A DNA stretch of 56,979 bases. It comes from Armatimonadota bacterium (GTDB taxonomy: Bacteria > Armatimonadota > Armatimonadia > Armatimonadales > Armatimonadaceae). Below, one piece after another: positions 48,585 through 56,979 of this stretch (position 1 is its first letter; each line of letters begins with the position of its first letter). The position numbers and the translations under genes are program-made. The stretch is taken from the NCBI GenBank assembly GCA_043754515.1, contig JAYUUO010000035.1, positions 1 through 56,979 on the forward strand, given 5' to 3'. The notes under the pieces are model-generated. The model made no database searches. It saw nothing but the letters and a program-made list of their open reading frames with translations, and had not been told where the DNA came from.

Positions 48585-50609
48585 TCACTGGGTACGTACG
48601 GGCGGCACGCCGCCCGACGCCGACAAACGTTGGAGCGCGTCCCGCGTCTGTGAATTCGGGTACAGGGCGGCCGCCTTCCGGTAGGCGGGCAGGGCGAGAT
48701 CGGGCCGACGCGCGGCTTCGGCGGTACCCCCCCAGGCTACCAGTGACTCGCGCATACGGAGCATGATAGGCTTCTGCAACTCGTCGTTGCCCAGCCGCAT
48801 TGCGATAGCCAGGCTGTCGAAGTCGGCGTTGATCGCGTCTTTGCCGCCGCCCCATAGCGGCGCAGTCGCGGAGAACAGTGCTTCCCGCGTAGGTACCTTG
48901 TCCTTCAAGAAAAGCCGCTCGGTGAAACCCCACGGTACCCGCGCGAACCGTCGCGAGATGGCACGCTCCCCATACCACCAATCCGGTAATGGTGCCGGTA
49001 AGCCCGCTTTGCGACGCTCCTCCTGATAGCGGCGTATAACCGCGTCCACATTCGGCACCGGGGCAATGACCACGGGGCGACTCGCACGGAGCGCGTTCCC
49101 GAGAGTGGCCGCTAGCGCGGTGCCGTTGTTGAGGTCAGCCTCGGGAAGCCCGCGCGGCAGGTAGCCGTCAACGCGCGGGTCATGATCGCGCAGATGCACC
49201 CGGTACCAGCCTCCCAATGCGACCACCCCGGCGAACATATCCTGGCTGATGATGGTGACGTCAGGACGCTCGCCGCGCACGAACTGCAAGTACCAGAGCG
49301 ATGAGTAACAGGAGCCGCGAACCGCGAGCACCGCGCCGCGCGGGCAGGAGCGCAGTAGCCCGCGCGAATAGTCCGACTCGACTCGGTTCTTACTCTCGTC
49401 GCACTCCCCATAATGCGCGGAGAAAGGCAGGAATGCCGTGGCGAGCAAAACTGGGAGCGCGAGCCGGGCATATCGCCCCGTGGTAGCGTCATCCCACGCG
49501 AAACGAATCCGAACCCAGGCGATGAGAAAGGTGCCCGCGCAAGCGATACATACCGCGAGTATCAAGTACGACGGGATGTAGAAAACGAATATGTCCTGGG
49601 TATGGTATCCCGCCGCGAAGACGACGTCCGCGACGAAAATGGCGATGAATAACAGGGCGAACGGTCGCGTCCGGCGCGAAGCAGCGAGGGTGACGATGCC
49701 AACAGCCGCGACCGCCAGCAGGAAAATCCCATACTCCGTGGGCAGAAACTTGCCGAAGTAAAGCGTCGCGCCCGCCTTGAAGTCGGCGACGGAGGGGAAC
49801 ATCAGGTCACGGTATTGGCCCCCGGTTAAATGCAGCCAGAATGCGGAAGGAGTGTCGGGTTGCCCCCACTTGAGCGGCGAGTGGGAGTACTTTGTTGCGA
49901 GCGGGATGTAGATGTACAGCGAGAGCGGGAGTAGAATACAGCCGATTACCGATAGTAGCACCCGCCAGTCCTTGCCGAACAAGGACGGCTTCCGCCAAAC
50001 GACGAGTGCCACGAACGCGGGGAAGAACAGGGCGATAGTCAGGTGGTGTGTCAGTGCCAACCCGTAGACAAGCGCGAGAAGGCACAGTTTTCTGTCCGCG
50101 CCGTCGCCCGGCTCCGCGCGGATGAATTGGAGAGACAGGAGCAGGAGCAGGGCAAGGAAAAGAATGTTTGCTGTATAAACTTCACACGACACGGATTGGC
50201 TCCACAGAGTGGGCGTGAATGCGAAGGACAGCGACACGCCTGCCGCGATCTCGCGACTCCACGGCAGATCTTCCAGCAACTCCGCGATAAACCGGTAGGC
50301 GACAGGTATCGTCAGGGCACCGCAGAGCGCGGTAAAGATGTTGAGGCGGAATGCAGGCTCACCGAGGAAAGGGGTCATCACCGTCCATAACTTGCCGACC
50401 AGGATGAAAAGTGGGTAGCCGGTCGGGTGCGGCACGCCCAGCGTGGTGACGGCGGTGGCGATGTCGCCGTCGTCCCCGGTATAGATGGTGCGGCAGGCGG
50501 TGAGGCAATAAACGGCGAATGTTGCCACGAAAACCAGTCCCATGAGCAAACCGTGCGGAGGCGAGGAATGGCCGGGGGATGCAGGAATACCGCTGGCGGG
50601 GACGGTCAT
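48585..50609 (-). CDS. DUF2723 / TMEM260-like membrane glycosyltransferase
   Basis: GD......LGVPHPTGYPL, WSQS...EVY, THH; many TM helices; C-terminal TPR-like segment. Confidence 0.9.
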   Translation of the reverse strand: MTVPASGIPASPGHSSPPHGLLMGLVFVATFAVYCLTACRTIYTGDDGDIATAVTTLGVPHPTGYPLFILVGKLWTVMTPFLGEPAFRLNIFTALCGALTIPVAYRFIAELLEDLPWSREIAAGVSLSFAFTPTLWSQSVSCEVYTANILFLALLLLLSLQFIRAEPGDGADRKLCLLALVYGLALTHHLTIALFFPAFVALVVWRKPSLFGKDWRVLLSVIGCILLPLSLYIYIPLATKYSHSPLKWGQPDTPSAFWLHLTGGQYRDLMFPSVADFKAGATLYFGKFLPTEYGIFLLAVAAVGIVTLAASRRTRPFALLFIAIFVADVVFAAGYHTQDIFVFYIPSYLILAVCIACAGTFLIAWVRIRFAWDDATTGRYARLALPVLLATAFLPFSAHYGECDESKNRVESDYSRGLLRSCPRGAVLAVRGSCYSSLWYLQFVRGERPDVTIISQDMFAGVVALGGWYRVHLRDHDPRVDGYLPRGLPEADLNNGTALAATLGNALRASRPVVIAPVPNVDAVIRRYQEERRKAGLPAPLPDWWYGERAISRRFARVPWGFTERLFLKDKVPTREALFSATAPLWGGGKDAINADFDSLAIAMRLGNDELQKPIMLRMRESLVAWGGTAEAARRPDLALPAYRKAAALYPNSQTRDALQRLSASGGVPPVRTQ

Positions 50610-50640
50610 GGCGAGTCAGGCTCGCTCTGCCAACCATGAG

Positions 50641-51957
50641 TCATTTCTTTCCTTTGAACCAGCCTAGGAAGCCTTTTTTGGACGCGGGGGGAGTTTCCGA
50701 CCCGATGAAGCCGGACGAGTCCGGTAGCGATTCGGTTGAAAAAGCCACCCGCCACGCGACGACAGACGCCACTTCTCGCAGGAGCGGACCCTGTTCCTCG
50801 CTGAACAGCGGGTACTCACGGCGCAAATACTCTAGCAATGATTGTATGCCGCCCGCGTCACGCAACACGGCCGCGTTCAGAGAAGTTTTGACATCATGCC
50901 GCCTCGCCTCGCGTTCCGCCTCGGGTAGTACACGGTTCAGGTACAGTGCCTCCACGAGCCGCTTTAGCTCGTCAGTCGCTAGGTCATCCTCCATCAGGTG
51001 TTTGGCCTCGAGTTGCAGACGTGATTCCCAGGACACCTGAGTGAAGGCGGCGGCGACTTCCGGCGTGATGTTCGGGAGCCGACTGCCCAGCGCGGCGAGG
51101 GCGCGAACCGCGCCGATCTGATCCTCGCCCGCGAGCTCCTTCGCCCGGAGTAACATGCGCCGTGCCGCCCGCTCGCACTGTCCGGTCGGGTCGTCCGCGC
51201 CAGGCTCCGGCAACACGCGCATCAGACGCCGCGCGGTTCGCTCCGCCTCCGCGCCGTTCTCCATACGCAGGTGTAACGAAAGGAGGCGTAGCAACGCGTC
51301 GAAGTCGGAGTAGTCTTCGCAGTCGTCATTCACCACCGCGCTTTCGAGGGTGAATATGGCCGCGCCGAACTGCCCGGACTTCTCGTAGAGGCGTGCTAGT
51401 AGCATCTGCGCGTCGTGGTAACGCGGATTGAGCCGGATCGCCGCGCCGAGCACGGTTTCGGCGTCCTCATAACGCTCCTGGACGACAAGGCAACGAGCAA
51501 AGCGGTAGTGCAACGTTTCGTCGCGGGGGCGTTCGTTGAGCAGGTAGCGGTACTGACGTTCCGCTCCGACGTAGTCGGCGAGCCGGGTCAGGATATGCGC
51601 CAGGATCACCCGAGGGCGCGTGGCGTCCGGTGCCAGCGCGACGGCGGCTTTGATCAGGCTGAACGCTTTTTGCGGGTCGCGCTCGGCGGCGGCGGCGGCT
51701 TGATCCGTCAGCACGTCGATGCGGCGGCCGGCATCGCGCAACTGGTCGTATTCGCGCCGGCGCCGGGGGTCGGCGAGTACGCTCCCCGCAGTCTGAAAGC
51801 GGTGGTATTTCTCGGGGTCGGCTTCGGGGCGTACTTCGCGGATGAGTCGGTAGTAAGCGCGTTTAACCTCCTCGGCTGTCGCCGTTTCCGCGACGCCGAG
51901 TACCCCATAAAGACTCTCCTCCTGCTCCGAGCCGTTCATGCCGATGTTCACAGTCAC
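50641..51957 (-). CDS. J-domain-like + TPR protein
   Basis: LYGVLGV..AT.EEVKRAY...RPE...VL.DP..RREYD followed by TPR helices. Confidence 0.85.
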   Translation of the reverse strand: MTVNIGMNGSEQEESLYGVLGVAETATAEEVKRAYYRLIREVRPEADPEKYHRFQTAGSVLADPRRRREYDQLRDAGRRIDVLTDQAAAAAERDPQKAFSLIKAAVALAPDATRPRVILAHILTRLADYVGAERQYRYLLNERPRDETLHYRFARCLVVQERYEDAETVLGAAIRLNPRYHDAQMLLARLYEKSGQFGAAIFTLESAVVNDDCEDYSDFDALLRLLSLHLRMENGAEAERTARRLMRVLPEPGADDPTGQCERAARRMLLRAKELAGEDQIGAVRALAALGSRLPNITPEVAAAFTQVSWESRLQLEAKHLMEDDLATDELKRLVEALYLNRVLPEAEREARRHDVKTSLNAAVLRDAGGIQSLLEYLRREYPLFSEEQGPLLREVASVVAWRVAFSTESLPDSSGFIGSETPPASKKGFLGWFKGKK

Positions 51958-53057
51958 CGAGGTATCTCTTCTCTAAACCGGCGTGCCGGGTTTAGTCGCT
52001 TTCTTGCTATGCACGCTTCTTTAGACAGCGGATACCTTCGTATAAGTTCCGCTAAAAAAAGGGCACCAGCTTCTTGCTCCCCAGATATTTTTCGCGAACG
52101 TTCCGCGGCGCGAAGCAGACCGAGCGGCGCGTAAGGGGACCGGGGCGCGCGGGAGGCTATTTCCGCCCATAAAAGCGGCGCGTTCGCGTCCGGTATGGTA
52201 TCGGCGATTCGGGCACGGAGCAACAGGATGTGCGGCAATAGATAGGTGTCCGCGCCAGAGATGGCGGCGAGATCGGAAAGATCGGCGGCGGTTTTGAACC
52301 GCTTCTCGCGGTAGGCACGAAGCGCGTCATTATAGTAGCGGCGGGTCAGCCGCTCGGGATACGGGTAGGCGAACGGTGCCGGGGAAGACAGCCGCGCACC
52401 GCGCCCGATGTTCGTGAACGGACGCGTGTCATTAAGGGAATTCCGTGCGGCGAGCGGTCGCGGGGACGATAACGACTTCGGTATCTCCGACACGTCAGGA
52501 CGGGGCGCGGGCAGGCCACGGAAGGCGAGCGAGAGTAGCGCGAAGCCTACCGCGCCAGCCATCCCGGCGGCGGCAGAGCGAAAGACGTTCTGGCGGCGGA
52601 CGCGTCGCTCCCACGTGACGCCCGCCGCGCGGAGCCGCCCCAATTCGTCTGCGGCAGGCGTCGCCGGGAGCGGTATTGCATCGGCGGCGGCGAATCGTCC
52701 GGCCACGGCGAAGGCACGTGCTTGCCCGTAAGCACGCGCGTCCGCCTCCGGCACGGCTGGGTCGGCGGCGGCGACGAGGACCGAGAGTTCGCGCCATTGG
52801 TCGCTCTCGCCGACGCCTAAAGACGTCGCGGCCGCGAGATGCCGACGCGCGTCGGCGAAGTCAGATTTTAACGCCGCGAGCCGTGCCTCGGCGTAGGCCG
52901 CCGACCCCGCGCGGAGCAGGGAACGAACATCACCGCCCGTCGCGCCGCATCGGGGGCAGGAATCCTTCGCCTCACCGCCGCCACCCGCGCCGCATACTAG
53001 ACAACGGGACGAAGGAGGGATAAGGAGAACGGGGTTCGGCGACGGTTCGCTCACCAT
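51954..53057 (-). CDS. zinc-ribbon / TM / TPR-like hypothetical protein
   Basis: CLVCG...CPRCG, central TM, BamD/YbgF-like tail (LIRRYPLS.EA). Confidence 0.7.
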   Translation of the reverse strand: MVSEPSPNPVLLIPPSSRCLVCGAGGGGEAKDSCPRCGATGGDVRSLLRAGSAAYAEARLAALKSDFADARRHLAAATSLGVGESDQWRELSVLVAAADPAVPEADARAYGQARAFAVAGRFAAADAIPLPATPAADELGRLRAAGVTWERRVRRQNVFRSAAAGMAGAVGFALLSLAFRGLPAPRPDVSEIPKSLSSPRPLAARNSLNDTRPFTNIGRGARLSSPAPFAYPYPERLTRRYYNDALRAYREKRFKTAADLSDLAAISGADTYLLPHILLLRARIADTIPDANAPLLWAEIASRAPRSPYAPLGLLRAAERSRKISGEQEAGALFLAELIRRYPLSKEACIARKRLNPARRFREEIPR

Positions 53058-53169
53058 GTGTTCACGATAACACGCGGGATACCCCGCTCGCAACGGCGCG
53101 GACGGTTCGCCGCGCGGCGGGCGAAAAATAATCGAACAAACGCCCGCCGCCTGTACACTAACGGTGCGA

Positions 53170-53754
53170 ATGAACGAGATAATTAACGCTCTATGGGAGA
53201 CCACACTCCGGAAGCGGCTACGCGCGGGCGATCGCGCCGCGTTCGAGTTGGTGGCGAACGAGCGGTACGCCGCCGTCTACCGCCAGGTGTACCATTTGAC
53301 GGGCGGCGACGAGTCCCGAGCGGCGGATCTGACACAGGAGACATTCGTCGCGGCATGGCAATCACTCGAGACGTTCGACGGGCGATCCGCGATAGGCACC
53401 TGGCTCCATGTCATCGCGACACGGGTCTGGTACCGCTCCGTACGCGGGGAGAAACGCCAGGCCGGGCAGGTCTCCCTCGCCGACGCGCTCGGGGAGCTTC
53501 TCGCCGACACCGGCACGGTTGATCCGGCACGCCGCGTGACAGGCAATGCGGCGCGGGAAACGCTGGAAGCCGCCGTTCATGCCCTGCCGCCCGCGTACCG
53601 CCGCGCCGTTCTCCTGTTCTACCGCGAAGAGAAGCGTTATCACAAGATAGCGGACACGGAGAAAATCGCGCTCGGCACCGTGAAGTCGCGGCTCTCCACG
53701 GCGATCAGGATTTTGCGCGCGCGACTCGCGAACCGAAAGGAAGAACTGCTTTGA
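53170..53754 (+). CDS. ECF RNA polymerase sigma factor
   Basis: GDRAAF, DLTQETF, TWL..IA, LPPAYR, GTVKSRL. Confidence 0.93.
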   Translation: MNEIINALWETTLRKRLRAGDRAAFELVANERYAAVYRQVYHLTGGDESRAADLTQETFVAAWQSLETFDGRSAIGTWLHVIATRVWYRSVRGEKRQAGQVSLADALGELLADTGTVDPARRVTGNAARETLEAAVHALPPAYRRAVLLFYREEKRYHKIADTEKIALGTVKSRLSTAIRILRARLANRKEELL

Positions 53755-54705
53755 AACACACGACCGATGTCCCCGAAGGCTTGCTGGGGCGTTGCCTCGA
53801 CACGATCCCGGCGACCGCGACACGTAACCCTGTTACCCCCCGTCTGTTTCCCGACGCCGCGAGCCGGAAGCGCCTCGGCTGGCTATGCGTCGCGGCGGCG
53901 GCACCGGCTATAACCGTGCTCGCGGTGCTACCCATGAAGCACTGGATGGCGAGCCAGCTGTTTGAAATGTCACTCCCGCATCGAGAAGATACTCGAGTGC
54001 CGCGCCTTGTCCTGTATACCCGCATCGAAAGTTGGGGGCGCGTTGCTGGCAAGGGGAGAGTTAATCCGCCCACCTACTCCGTAGCCATCTATGACGCGAA
54101 AAAAAGGAAGAAGCGAATGGACCACGGATTCTTCCTATCGCACGATTGACGAGAATTATCCGTATGCGACGCTCCAAACGAAAACCGGTGGGTTCTGTTC
54201 GTCTTACTACAGATCGTACAAAAAATTTGTGATGAAGATTAATTTAGAGTAACGACGCAGGACGGACTAGACGGCTATTCGTGGGCATACACCCCGCGCG
54301 GCGGCATTGAGGGCTGGCTACGGCATTATCGGTCGCAGATCCGTGGTGGATGTAGCCGAGTGGAAGGGGGAGATAGTGACCCGACACACGTTCCGCTCGC
54401 GCACCAAAGAGGAACTAAGAAGGATCGAGCAGTCGCTCCGTGTCCTTGCCCTGCGGAAGAAACTCGGTACGTCCCAAACACAGTTGCCCGCTGAGTTGAA
54501 CGCACCCCCATGCCGCTGCGGGGTCTATACCGACCCTAGCACCGGTCGCGTCCTCGGCTCCCGCACATGGGCGTACTTCACCAAGTTCGCCGCCTCCGAC
54601 CCCGATGGCGTTCAAATGAACGAGTCGGCATATTACTATGATCCGCGACCGGATGACAGTCAGTTTTTCGATGTTGAACGTATACAGCGCGGTACCATTG
54701 TATAG
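53751..54705 (+). pseudogene. disrupted anti-sigma-like membrane protein
   Basis: Overlaps the sigma stop; TM helix; frameshift in A7 run (~54099-105), then in-frame TAA (54250-52) and TAG (54268-70) leading into the 54307-54705 frame. Confidence 0.55.
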
Positions 54706-54780
54706 GTCGGCAAGGGCAAGTATTTTCCGTGATGACGGGGTGTAGTCGCGTTTCCACTCGGAGGGAGGTCTTCGATTTAG

Positions 54781-54815
54781 GTCGCCCCGGCATTATTGAA
54801 GAATGCCGGGGCGAC
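54781..54815. terminator. 14-bp perfect hairpin
   Basis: GTCGCCCCGGCATT/AATGCCGGGGCGAC. Confidence 0.55.
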
Positions 54816-55128
54816 GATCGGTCATCACAAGCCGAACCTGTTGATCCCGAACCAGTGGAACGTCCACGCCGCGTTTTTCCAGTCGCTCGTGCCGCTAATG
54901 AGACGGAGGTAGTCGCGGTGTTAGTGTAACCCCGATCCCGCGAAATTCGGATCGTTGTCGCAATCCGCTCGCGCTTTTATTCAAGTGTCTGGTCCTGACT
55001 CACGACCGACGCGAGTAGACGGCTACACCACTTTATGCTACAATCTCCCCGGTTTGGGCAACCCGCGCAAACCGGGGTCATGCTCCCGACGGCTTGACAC
55101 CCCCGCTGACAGGAGTTTTCAACCACAC

Positions 55129-56631
55129 ATGCGCGTCGTTCTGCTTTCCTGGGAATACCCACCCATGCGCGTCGGCGGGATCGCCGCCGCCCTTGAAGGT
55201 CTCGCCCCCGCCCTCGCCCGACAGGGCTTAGAGGTTCATGTCGTCACCTGTGGCGCGTCCGGGGGCGAAGCGGACGAGCAAGAAGCCCCGAACCTGTTCG
55301 TCCACCGCGTCAACGTCGAGGCGCAAACGAACGACTTCCTGCACTGGGTTCACGAACTCAACCACCTTTTAGATCGCCGCGCCGACGCACTGATTCAGGA
55401 GTGGCTCTCCGAGCCGAACGCCCAAGACAACCCCATCGTGCTTCATGTCCACGACTGGCTCGGGCTTTTCGCGGGCAAAGAGCTGAAGTATCGCCACAAT
55501 CTGCCGCTCCTATCCACGATCCACGCCACCGAGTACGGGCGAAACAACGGTATTCACAACGACATGCAACGGTATATCAATCATTGCGAGTGGGAGCTAC
55601 AGTGGGAATCATGGCGCGTCATCGTCTGCTCTGGATTCATGCGTGGCGAGGTAATGCACGCCTTGCACACCCCATATGACAAGATCGAAATTATCTACAA
55701 CGGCGTCAACTCCGCAAACTATGATTTCCCGTTTAGCGACGAAGCAAAAGCCGCGTTCCGGTCCCGCTTCGCCGCGCCTCACGAGAAGTTGGTCTATTTT
55801 ATCGGGCGCATGGTGCGCGAAAAAGGGGCACAAGTTCTCATTGAGGCGATGTCCGCGGTGCGAGCGCGGTGCGGCAACGTCAAGCTCGTGATCGCGGGCG
55901 GCGGGTACCGTGCCCATCTGGAAGCGCGGGCGCGGGAGCTCGGGCTTGGCGACCAGATTCTGTTCACTGGGCGCGTCTCGGACGAAGACCGCGACAAACT
56001 CTACCGCGTCTCCGACGTCGCCGTGTACCCGTCGCTTTACGAGCCATTCGGGATCGTCGCGCTCGAAGCGATGGCCGCGAGAGTGCCGGTCGTAGTCAGC
56101 GAGGCCGGGGGACTCGCCGAGGTGGTGCAACACGACGTGACTGGCACGACAACGCTGGTTGATAGCCCCGAATCGCTCGCATGGGGAATCACCCGCGTCC
56201 TGCAATATCCGGTGCAAGCGCGCCAGATGGCGGCGAGTGCCTACGACCGCGTCCTGACCGACTTCAACTGGGACAACATCGCGGAGCAGACGGCGCGGGT
56301 GTACCGCCGCGTCTGGACCGAGTACCTGGAAAGCGACTGGGTGAAGGGGAGCATGGTCTACGCGCCACCCCTGCCGCCTGCCCTCCCAACCGGCGGTGTG
56401 ATACCCGCAGTCGGCATGACCTCCGGCGTGCCAGACTCCGTGTCGGAGATGATAATGGACGAGTCTCCGAAGAAAACCCGGCGCGTCTCCGCCAAGAGAG
56501 GGGGCATCGCCATGTCCCCGATGTCCGGCGGGGGCGCGCCCACCGTGGCCGCGACGCCACTCCTGAATGACATACTGAACGAGGTCGAAGCGAGCGGTGA
56601 CGTCACGGTAGCGGAGACGAAGCCGGGGTGA
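55129..56631 (+). CDS. GT4 family glycosyltransferase
   Basis: WEYPP..VGG, HVHDW, TIHATE.GR, GR.V.EKG, PSLYEPFGIVALEAMA. Confidence 0.93.
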   Translation: MRVVLLSWEYPPMRVGGIAAALEGLAPALARQGLEVHVVTCGASGGEADEQEAPNLFVHRVNVEAQTNDFLHWVHELNHLLDRRADALIQEWLSEPNAQDNPIVLHVHDWLGLFAGKELKYRHNLPLLSTIHATEYGRNNGIHNDMQRYINHCEWELQWESWRVIVCSGFMRGEVMHALHTPYDKIEIIYNGVNSANYDFPFSDEAKAAFRSRFAAPHEKLVYFIGRMVREKGAQVLIEAMSAVRARCGNVKLVIAGGGYRAHLEARARELGLGDQILFTGRVSDEDRDKLYRVSDVAVYPSLYEPFGIVALEAMAARVPVVVSEAGGLAEVVQHDVTGTTTLVDSPESLAWGITRVLQYPVQARQMAASAYDRVLTDFNWDNIAEQTARVYRRVWTEYLESDWVKGSMVYAPPLPPALPTGGVIPAVGMTSGVPDSVSEMIMDESPKKTRRVSAKRGGIAMSPMSGGGAPTVAATPLLNDILNEVEASGDVTVAETKPG

Positions 56632-56979
56632 CCCGATGAAATTAGGGGCAGGTTCCGGTTCCGGCGCGGCGGGGCAACATACTTCCACGGCAAAGCGGGC
56701 ATCGCGATCTCGTTCAACGCGGCAACGGTACGTGGGACAACCCGTCGCGCGGTGGAAAACACGCGGGGTATCTTGCAGGTCTAAGTAGCTATCACCGACA
56801 GCCACTCCCCGACCACTCCCACTGCAGATACCACCGCAATGCAATATCACTTCTCGCTTACCCCCGCGCAGAAGAATTTCTCGCCCCCGCCCCGGAGAAA
56901 ATCGCGGCGATCCTCTGGTGCCGCTCAGTGAAAATACGGGGCATCTCACGCGTACCGCGCCTGTTCCTCGTCTCGGCGG

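Noticed and set aside
54825..54920. Possible CBM-like fragment (ISGTSDWKNAAWTF) on the minus strand
   Set aside because: Too short, no start signal
55609..56949. 446-aa minus-strand ORF
   Set aside because: Antisense shadow of the GT4 gene with no motif; typical of high-GC DNA, as are most other overlapping ORFs in the track

Overview
GC-rich bacterial chromosomal segment. The gene mix (copper-amine-oxidase N-terminal domain protein, mqnE, HspR-type dnaK operon, several ECF sigma factors, GspG-like secreted protein) suggests Armatimonadota or a similar Terrabacteria lineage; this is inference only. Most of the window is housekeeping or carbohydrate-active genes: dnaK-dnaJ-hspR-clpC with HAIR operators, kynU-kynB, mqnE, nadR-like plus larA-like genes, GH127, GH9, P450, S8 and M28 peptidases, GT4 and DUF2723 glycosyltransferases. 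It also holds several decayed genes, an IS3 remnant and a 121-bp MITE. The standout is an insulated unit at about 45985-48071: terminator, sigma70-like promoter, ~1.2 kb densely base-paired RNA-like region, orphan ECF/SigH-like sigma factor with no anti-sigma gene, terminator. The region has more than 15 stems, GNRA tetraloops and a 15-bp long-range helix, and I do not recognise it as a known RNA. It is a candidate new large ncRNA / sigma-factor system. A HerA-like ATPase operon is cut by the left edge. All family calls come from motif recognition by eye; no searches were run.
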